Assembly (NCBI RefSeq): GCF_008831285.2
Contig: NC_045138.2
Span: 9,610,001 to 9,674,000, forward strand
Direction of reading: 5' to 3'
Source of the DNA: Nymphaea colorata
Lineage: Eukaryota
Length of the DNA stretch: 64,000 nucleotides
Under the pieces are notes generated by a model. That model worked only from the letters and a program-made list of their open reading frames with translations, was not told the DNA's origin and ran no database searches. Positions within the stretch are counted from its first letter, which is position 1; each line of letters opens with the position of its first letter. The position numbers and the translations under genes were made by a program. Of the stretch, positions 54,603-64,000 are shown piece by piece.

Positions 54603-54953
54603 TAAACTAGATTAAGAAATCTAAAATATTGCTGGCTTCTTGCAAAAAACGATAAATACAATTTAAATAAAAGGAGCACAAATAATGAGATCACTATGTA
54701 GATGAAGGGAAAAAAAGGTTTTGCTGAGTGTCGAAAGAATTAGGTTTCAATTTCTGCATTTTTCATATTCATGTCCTCTAAACTAGATTAAGAAATCTAA
54801 AATATTGCTGGCTTCTTGCAAAAAACGATAAATACACTTTAAATAAAAGGAGCACAAATAATGAGATCACTATGTAGATGAAGGTAAAAAAGGTTTTGCT
54901 GAGTGCCGAAAGAATTAGGTTTCAATTTCTGCATTTTTCATATTCATGTCCTC
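54603..54953. repeat. Recent 176-bp tandem duplication
   Basis: 54603-54778 and 54779-54953 differ by about 3 substitutions and 1 indel. TAA microhomology at the junction. Confidence 0.92.
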
Positions 54954-55730
54954 TAATTTTCCTTCATGGTAGATTGGGAGTTTAATTGTGTTGGTAAAAT
55001 ATATATTAGTTTTTGCATTGTCTTTTGAGTTAGACGGCCTTTAAGTGTTGCATAGGGGCTCACGTCTTCTCTTGAAGAGGATGGCACACTAAAAGTAACG
55101 CACAAATACAATATCTAAAAATAAAAAAGAAAAGCCTTTTTTACCAAGATTTTGTTAAGTAGATAAAACATATGCAACTTCATTTTCTTCATACCAAATT
55201 GTTTTATCCAAATGTCCATCTATCTATACTACTTGAACAGGTATAGACTTTTCAGTTCCCAACAAATAAATGGCAACAACCAAGAATTTTAGTAGTACGT
55301 AAAATAAAACAAAAGAAACATTGCAAGTTTACCAGCCAGATGAATCAAAATGATAGATACGAAAAAGACACAAATATGATACAAAATGTTTACCACAACA
55401 GTGGAACATGCCTCCGAATGAGATACATACATTTGTTGCCTTGGCAAATAAGGATTAAGTCAAACCCTAGGCTTTTCTGAAACAATATTTCAAACAAAAG
55501 GAGATGAATAGGGACTGACAATTTGCCTTCTCATTTACAAGCACATGCACTTTACCATTATTTTGCAATCTATGCAAGGGAATGCGGGGATGTCCGTCTC
55601 ATACGTTAATTCTGATATGAACTCAAAACACAAACAAGCAATAAATTGACAAGATTAGCCAAAAAAGTTTACCTCAATAACCATAGGAAAACAATTTCAA
55701 TAATCCCTAACAATAATACATTAAAACACA

Positions 55731-55813
<83 letters not shown>

Positions 55814-55859
55814 TTTCATTTACATTTATAAAGAGGGGAAGAAGAACAGAGTTAAGAAT

Positions 55860-56175
55860 GAAGGCTAGGGTAAGTCTGGGTATCCGGCCGACTTGGCCCG
55901 GCCCGATAAGGAGTCGGGCTCGGGCCGGCCTGACACCTAAAACCTGGGTCTGAACCCGGCCTGATTAAATTTTAAAAATATATATTTTAATATAAAATAA
56001 TATATAAATATAATTAATAGTAATAAAATATTATATATATAATCAATAAAATATGTATTTAAAATTTTTATCAAGCCGAACCGGCTGTCGATCCAGCCCG
56101 GTGCTTTTTTTTTTTTTTGGCCTGATCCCAAGTTAGACCGGCTACAGGGTACGCGACCTGACACGCCCAGCCTTA
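55860..56175. mobile_element. hAT-like MITE with GC-rich subtermini and AT-rich centre
   Basis: Ends GAAGGCTAGGG.../...GCCCAGCCTTA, with multiple GGCCCG/CGGGC motifs. No matching TSD. Confidence 0.5.
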
Positions 56176-56343
56176 GACCAGAGCACACAAAGAGGCTAAG
56201 ATGCTCAGGTTCATGTCGGATCTTTCACAATGTGGAGAATTGAGACAAGATATGTGCCATAACGAGCAGTTGTGCGAGGTCAATCGCCTTCACTGTGAAG
56301 GATCAAACTCAACCTTGAGCTTCTGCTTTACGTCCTTGTCATT

Positions 56344-56524
56344 ATCCATGGAGAGGACGACTAAGCACCAATCAGCACTGTAGAGGATGCTCCTCAATCG
56401 AACTATCAATGGAGGTGAATTGAGCCCGATTGATACTATAAGAAGATGCTCATCAATCAGACGATCCATGGAGAGGTTGATTAAGCTCTAATCAGTATTC
56501 CTGAGGACGTCCATCAGTCGGACG
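56344..56524. repeat. ~60-bp diverged tandem repeat x3
   Basis: Units start ATCCATGGAGAGG (56344), ATCAATGGAGGTG (56405) and ATCCATGGAGAGG (56464). Confidence 0.75.
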
Positions 56525-57079
56525 AGGGGGATGACATTTCCTCAGAGCAGAGTTAGCTCTCGTCCACCTATTTCAAAGCATATATGCTCTCATCGCTTCA
56601 TGAAGATTGCAGTCTCCGACTAACCCGTTGCCGCAATCTTCTTCTCCTTCTTTCAGCTGTGTCTCTATCCATCTCGACTTTGCTTTTGTGCTATGAGGAG
56701 AGTTCAGTGGAAGGACTTCATTTACACACCAGCAGGCTGAACGTGTCAAAAAGGCCTAAGCAGCTGAGCTTAGGAGAGCAAAGGAAGAAAGATGTGTCAG
56801 GGGATGGCAATGGGGAGCATGTCTGAGGAGAACACTAGGAGAGAGAGGAATATGAAGTTTCGAGCTTCTACAAGCAAAAGTGTTTTGCACTTGTTTTCTT
56901 TTTATTTTGTAAAGATGAACGGATCCAGAGCCGACCCATTTCTTTTCGACAACTGCTACGGTTTAGTAACCATTCCTACTGTTATGTTTGTTGTAGTGTA
57001 AACGGAGATAAGGGCGACTATAAATATCCAAAATACTTTGCTTTTAGATTGATGTTTGGGTTTATGATCCAAAAAACAA

Positions 57080-60000
57080 AATCTAAGATCCAATAAGTCT
57101 GATTCTTCATCCACAATATAACTATTTTAAATCCAAATTTGGTGTTTGATGAGTTCTTGATCCAAAATCCAACACTTAAACCCAAACTCTGAATGGGTTC
57201 AAGGTAGGTTGACGAAAAGGGTTTAACTTGGAAGCCTAGTCTGGTTTAGGATAATTCCTATCTACAAATACCCATGTTTTAGTGATCATAACTGAATTTT
57301 ATAATAAATCCATGTTGAAGGCTTCTATACTTGGACTTGATTCAGTATATAAGTAGGCTTCTGAGGCCTCGCCAGGAACTTATTTGTAAGATTTGGGGAC
57401 ATTGGTTGAGCACTTTAAGACCATTTTGAGCTAGTTCTTAAAGTACTGAACATGGGACATAGGGTTGGCCTTTGAGAGTGCATCAATTAGGGTTTTAGAA
57501 AATAATTGTAACGCACTGGAAGGAAATCTTGTTTTTAAAAGTGTATCTGCAAAGAGTTTAAACTAGGTTTAGATGTCTCAGGGCATGCTACTAGACCAGC
57601 TGGGTTTAGCCTTAAGCAGAGGGTGTATGTGCAAGAGATATGGTTCATGTGCATGAATGAACAATTCATGAAATGCATATTTGATATTATATGACGGAAT
57701 TGAATCTACATGTTCAATGCATATTTGAAGCCGTAAATTAGAAATTGAAAGAGCACAAAATTTAAAAGACACATAGATAGAGGTGCATACCTAGCCTCAT
57801 GCCTTGCCCTAAAGACATTAACTTAAATGTTACCCTATCAAAACAGATATACTAAACTGAAACATACTAAAGAAAGTAAAGTAAACCTAGGAGCCAAGCA
57901 GAAAATAAACTAACCTAAGTAGATTGAAAGTGAAAAGGAAATCTAAGCATGCTTTTAAAAAAAGAAAAGAAAGAAAGCATTAAACTGTAAATATGAAAAG
58001 AAAGGAAACGGAAAAGAAATTACCTGAACTTGCTGAAGGCTTGGCCGAGCCTGCTTCCACGACCCCTCCTGTGAGTCTAGATAGGTTCTTGGTTGAGTGC
58101 TGCTGCAACTTGAATGTAAGACCTTACTAAAATATATGAAATTTAAATTGAATTGAGTCAAGCCAATCCAAGTACTACTTTGGAATTTTCACCAATAATA
58201 GTACCTTATGGCAGTTCTTAAAATTCGTGCCAAAGGAGAGGGACACAAATCCATTTCAATAGTGCTAAGAAAGGTCGATCCCCCATATGGAGATCGAGAC
58301 ATGACTAAACCTTTGGTTCCCTTCCTCTAGTCAAAAACAGAAAATTATATTTTATATTGATGATTTCAGGATAAGAATGTTTACTGCGTGCTCAATATGG
58401 ATCCAAATTCAATTCCAGGAAAAGTAACACATGCTCGAATAAGTGCTGATCAGTTCATTCTAAACAGTTCGGATTGACACGTGGCATGGAGCCTGAACTA
58501 TGCATGAATATGGAGTGGAGAAAACACACATCAAAAACATATGTTGTAACTGATATTTAGTAGAAAAATGTTCTGACTTTGTACAAAATACCGATTTAAA
58601 TTTTGTTTGCATTAGCTTGCTGAGCTGAAAATTTCGCACAGCTCATGTACTCTGTACGAATATTGGCACAAAGTGAAAAATTGACGATGGATTAAATGAA
58701 TATAATGCATAAATGCTCACATGTGGATATTGGATTTAGATTTGATACTAGAATCCAGATCCAGATCCATATCTAATGAAGATTCTAAAAATATGGATAG
58801 ATGTGAGGATTTGAATCGTGATCTCATATTGAGATCCGAAATTTGAAATGATGGATCTAGATTTACAAAGGCAGATCACATATCTTAAATTTAGATAAAA
58901 GATGTAGACTTGTGTGAACCTAGGCTTGGCTTAGTTTGGGCTAGGTGGGTTCAGACTCAAACAACTAGTGCTAGACTTGGAGTGGGATCATCTTGATGTA
59001 GGTTCAGACCTAGGATGGGCGCTGAATTTAGCTGGTTAGCCTGTGTTCTATTTTAGGAATCCAGGTTTACGTGGTTCTGGAGTGGGTCAGGCTGGGCATG
59101 AGCCTACTAGGTCCATGTTGACTTGTATAAGAAAGCTAACTTAGGTTTTTGTGGCTCATAAGCTAGGTTCACCAATAAATATGTACATATTAACAAAAGG
59201 CCAAAATGTCCTTGGCACATAAACTGAGCTCAATAGGTTGTGTGGACAAGCTGACCACACATAAAAGTGTGTAAGGTAGCAAGGAGACAACCTACAAAAT
59301 TTGACTGAAAAATGCCTTCATTTTCCCATCAAAAATTCAAAATTTCTAAATTTATGGACCGTAAAATGTCCCATTTTGTGGGGTGTGCATTGGTAATATC
59401 GGAAGTTTTAATCTTGGGTATGTTAGTCTGATCTGAAGCTAGAAATACTTTGCTAAAGAGTATTTGATTGCAATAATATGACAAAATTGAGGAACCGATT
59501 CCTGGATTGACCAGAATTGAGCTCAGAAGAATGAGTTGCATAGATGAGATGTCCAGAACTGGACAACCGTAAATAAATCTGTAGGATGAAAAACAAACTC
59601 AATTCTGAATGATTGGCCTGAAATTAAAGTCATAAATACTAAGATTGAGAACTGAAGAAAACGATTTTAGCTTCCAGCGGACTGACACATTTAGAATCAA
59701 GCGATAGGTATGTCAGACATTTTTGGCACATGCCAAACATGTCTGTTCCATGATAGGGTACTTATTTTCATACTAGATGAAGGTCTTGCTCATGCAGTAA
59801 ATTATATGTTCAATTTCTTCCTCATATTGTGCCAAGAATCCTCTACATGCGGCATTATTTAATGAGATGTACAATTGTAGTCGTTGTCCAAGATCCATAA
59901 TCTAATATCCATGATCTGAGGTCCATAATATAAAATCTAAAATCTAATAATTGAGATCCAAATATCATATACTGGAATTAGGTTTAATATCTAGGCTTAA

Positions 60001-62560
60001 ATCAGTTACAAGGTTAGTGATTTGATTTCAGTGTCTATAATTGAGATTTATGACCCAAATAGGCTAGGGATACGTCAAAAAGACTGGGTTCGGTCTTGCC
60101 TACACTAAGTTTAAACCTACCTTGGGATAGGTTTGACTATAGTAAATGGGTTTTGTGTTAGTCAAACCATGTGGCATATGCTATCAACTTTATTCATTTC
60201 ATATGTGGTTGTCTAAAGACGTTTGACTATACCTATGCTATGAGACTAGGTTTATAAGTAGTAAGCTCTAAGATCAGTCCGAGCTGGGTTTTTGAGAGTT
60301 GAACTAAGATTAGACTCTTTGCCTGCATGACCCAGGTTTTCAAAATCATGTAAAAAGATTTATTTTAAAAAGCATTTTACAGAAGGCTATGATTTGACGA
60401 TTCTAGTGTGAGGACCAAACTGGATCGAGGTTTTCACAAACCTAGGCTGATGCACACACGGTATGTTACTAAGCTGACCTAGTTTGGTTTCAAACAAGAG
60501 GTGCATGTTGGTACAAGGTAATCTAGTGCATATTTAAATAGATATACAATTCATGATTAAAGAAAGTATAAGAATTAACTATGTTCTATATGCATTTAAG
60601 TGAGAACTAAATAAGCAAAAACATGAAACTAAAAGAAAGAGACAAGGAAGAGAGGGGCATACCTAACCCCTCGGCCTACACTAAAGACATTAAAAGAAAT
60701 CTAATCTAGAAAATAAACATGATAAACTACAAGTTTATCAAAACTTAAGCAAGAAATAAACTAAACTAAACATGCTAAAAACAAAAACAAAACAAAAGAA
60801 AGCGCTAAATTGCAAAAAAAAAAAAAAGAACATAGAAAAGAAATTTCCAGATGATGGTGCCCTTAGTTGAGCTTGCTCACAGACCTCTACCTTGAGTCTG
60901 GCTGGATTTTGGTTGAATGTTAATGCAGCTGGAACCAAGACTTAGAAAAGACTAAAAATTTAACTTGTTTTGAGCTAAATCCTTTTTTGAGTACCCGGTT
61001 GAAATTTTTTCAACTTTTTAGGCTTCTCTAGGAATAGCTCAAGTGCAAAGAAGTGAGAGAGGGAGAATCTCATATAAGAGAAAAGGGGCATTTCCTTTTC
61101 TCGCTATCGATACATGAGTAAATTTTTAACACTCTATCTCCTCTTTCAACTCAAAACCATAAGTTAAAAGCTTGTTTCCATTCAAGTTTTGCTTGTTGTG
61201 ATCTCGTCCAGACATTGAATTTGACTCCACGAAAAGCCACATGTGTACGTAGCAGTGTTGATCGATTTCTGATAAAGTATTCAGATTGACATTGACCATG
61301 GAGAATAAATGATGTGAGAATATGAAGAGGAGAAAACACACATTGAAAACTTCATTCTAAAACTTGATATGAATTAAAAAAATGTTCATTTTGGCCACAC
61401 AAAGATGCCAATTTTGATTATGTCTGTGCCAAACTACCAACAAAGAATTCCACACATTTCAAGTGCTTATGTGGGGATTGACATTAAGCATGTAGTGAGA
61501 AAATTACAATGCATTTTTGAGATATAATGTGCATTTAGCTGACATGTGGATCCTAGATTTAGGTTTGATGCTGAGACCTAGACTTAGGCCCATATCTAAA
61601 AAAAAAATTAAAAGATGGATCCAAATATGGTATTGGGATTTGGATTATGATTTAATATCTCAGATCTAAAATGAGAATAATGGATTTTGATATATAAAGA
61701 TAGATCTCATATTGAAGACTAGGATATGAGATCCAGATATGGAAATAAGACTTTGTTGAATGATTGGGATGTGAAATCGAAATCTAAAAGTAGGATGGAC
61801 TTGGACAAGGCTTGAGCTTGGCTAGGTGGGTTGAAGTTGTATGACATGGAATGGACCTGAGTTGGGTTTAGTTTCAAAAAATTGGGTTTAGACCTAGGTT
61901 GGTCGTAGGTTCATTGGTTTCACCGTAGGTGCTGTTTTTAAAAAAGCTAGTTTTAATGAGAAATTTGGGGAGGCATAGACTAGACTCAACCCTACCAGAT
62001 CCTTGAAACTTGTATGAAAAACTAACTTAAGCTCATGTGACTCTTAAGTTAGGTTTTATGAAAAGTACGTGCGTGGTGGCAATTGACCAAAATGGTATTG
62101 TATATGTGATTTTAGGATGCATGTGATTTTAAGCTAAAATGACTTCAAATAAGGGGATTGCCTTGAACTAAGGCTCTAGGAATCAAAGAAAATCATAAAC
62201 CAAGCTATATGTGACATATACCTAGGTTTATGGAGAAGAGCATGGTTAAAAATGACCATTTTGTCCTTATGTGTATTTGTGAAGTTCTAGATGAGTTTTG
62301 TCAATCTGACTGAACCAGCCTTTGGCCAGACTCCTAATAAACTCTTAACTAAATGTTGTTGAAAAATTCTTCTTGGATTGCTCAAAATCAAAAACAAATT
62401 TTTACCAACCCATATGTGACACATTTATAAAGGGAAATCGAAGAAGGCATAAAATGCAGTTTTATTAAAATTGGCATAGGTGTAGCTAAGGGTGCTTGAA
62501 AAACCTACTTTCCTATAAGAACTTGCTGAAAGATAAAAAAAAACTTTAGTTTTGCAAAAT
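57080..62560. repeat. Two old, diverged tandem ~2.8-2.9-kb units, probably LTR-derived
   Basis: Collinear anchors at a near-constant offset: CATACCTA..CTAAAGACATTAA (57786/60658), GGAGAAAACACACAT (58517/61329), ACATGTGGAT (58719/61542), GGCTAGGTGGGTT (58938/61820). Confidence 0.7.
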
Positions 62561-62650
62561 TGAGCTTCAAAACAGTTTATAATGTGTAAAAGGTACCAAA
62601 ATGAGCTCCACGGCCTTTATAACTAAATTGAACTCAAACAAGAAGAAATG

Positions 62651-63082
62651 AACTCAAACTGAACTAAGGTAATATTGATTTATACAAAACCAACATAGTC
62701 CCAACTTGGTTTTAGCTCACTCTCTATTATTGAGCTCAAATTCAGTTAAAACCTCTGAAAATAGGAAAGAGAAAGTGCTTTGAATTGAATTAAACGTTAA
62801 CCAAAATGTAAACTCAAACCAAACTAAAAGAAGCATGATTTTTATAGAATAAACATGGTCCTACCTTAATTCCAACTCACATTTTTGGGTTGAACTCAAA
62901 TTCAGCTCAAACACTTAAAAATAGATGAGAGGACGTGCTCAAAACTGAATTAAACTCAAATTAGGATGAATGAGCTCAAACCTAACTAAAGAAAGATTGA
63001 TTTTTACTGATAAACGTGGTCTTAGCTTTGTTTCAGCTCACTGTTCTGGATAGAGCTCAAATCTAGCTTAAACCATTGAAAG
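62651..63082. repeat. ~160-bp diverged tandem repeat, about 2.7 copies
   Basis: AACTCAAAC.AACTAA...CTCAAATTCAG units start at about 62651, 62811 and 62972. Confidence 0.7.
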
Positions 63083-63840
63083 TTGGAGAGGAAGACCAAG
63101 TGGCAATCAACAAGTTAATATAAGACTGAAACTTGGGATAGGTAGCTCAAATTAAGTGAAATAAAACTTTCTCTCTCTTAAGGTCAACTTGTTTTGATTA
63201 GGTTGAATTAAAGATCACAGGTGTGAGTTTTGGGAGCTCATTTGAGCTATAAACATGATGGCTTCATATTGGGATAACCCTAGTCCGCAACCCCTCATGT
63301 CATGTAAAGTTGAGAAATAGCCTAATTGCTCAAATGTTAGGTGATTTTTGAAATTTTGGTGAAAAATTACTACTTTTTTGGTTGAGATGCCAAGATTTAG
63401 GAGCCAAATGGTAATTTCTAGCTTGTACAACCTAGGTGGTATGAGTCTTGGTATTCAATGCCGGCATAAAAAGTGATTGTTTGGCTCACAAATGGCCCTT
63501 TATTCTTCAAATTTGTCTTTGAAAACTAATTTAGAAATCTCATGGTGAAGAGTAAAATAGTCATTTAGACATGTGAAAATTTTGGGTGTTCATTGATGGC
63601 CTCTTTACTGCTACACCGGGAATCATGCTTAACGGGAAAGACAGAACACCCATCCTAAAAATGGTAAACTTAGTGAAATCAGGTTTGCGAAATAGAAAAT
63701 CTAGTTTGAAATAGATATATGAAAAAAGATGCCCAGTGTGGATACTGATGCAATGCTTGTGAAAAATGCTTGAAAATCATTATAAATTCTTTGTGTTGGA
63801 GTACTAGTATTCTTGCTCACATAAAATGTAAACGCTTGTG

Positions 63841-64000
63841 TAATGCATGTGTTTGTATGCTTGTTTGTGCTGAAGTACAAAAACCTTACATAAATGTGAG
63901 TGCTTGTGAAATACTTGTAAAATTCATGCAATATAATGCATGTGCTTGTATGCTTGTTTGCATTGAAGCACAAAAAATCTCACATAATTGTGAGTGCTTG
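63841..64000. repeat. ~93-bp direct repeat running off the window end
   Basis: TAATGCATGTG.TTGTATGCTTGTTTG...CATAA.TGTGAGTGCTTG at 63841 and 63934. Confidence 0.7.

Larger units (their letters stand above)
51877..56998. mobile_element. Candidate non-autonomous CACTA (En/Spm) element carrying gene-like fragments
   Basis: Left end CACTACCAGAAAAT is followed by palindromic subterminal repeats (TTTAGCGATGGTTCGAAACCATTGCTAAA, AAACCGTTGCTAAA). Right end TGTTTGTTGTAGTG is preceded by the related TGCTACGGTTTAGTAACCATTCCTA. Flanks CTA/TAA share only TA. No transposase is visible. Confidence 0.6.

Overview
AT-rich, TE-dense plant (angiosperm) nuclear DNA; no prokaryotic systems, CRISPR arrays, rRNA or clear tRNA genes were seen. 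Two intact host genes can be reconstructed across GT-AG introns. One is a 3-exon, 93-aa HMA-domain protein with a non-canonical metal motif (+, 10513-13602). The other is a 5-exon, 358-aa clade-B AT-hook/PPC protein, AHL10-like (-, 36273-26953). The rest is mostly transposon sequence: three Ty1/copia elements of very different ages (535-6021, LTRs about 90% identical; 16367-23801, very old, with a 3-kb solo LTR nested in its 5' LTR; 43564-49181, LTRs about 98% identical, perfect TSD), several hAT-type MITEs with 8-bp TSDs, GC-cored elements inside (TA)n tracts, and old LTR-derived repeats at 57-63.6 kb. The most notable candidate is a ~5.1-kb non-autonomous CACTA element (51877-56998). It appears to carry spliceable host-like sequence, including a PP2C phosphatase C-terminal fragment. 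All family assignments and identities were made by eye, without database searches.
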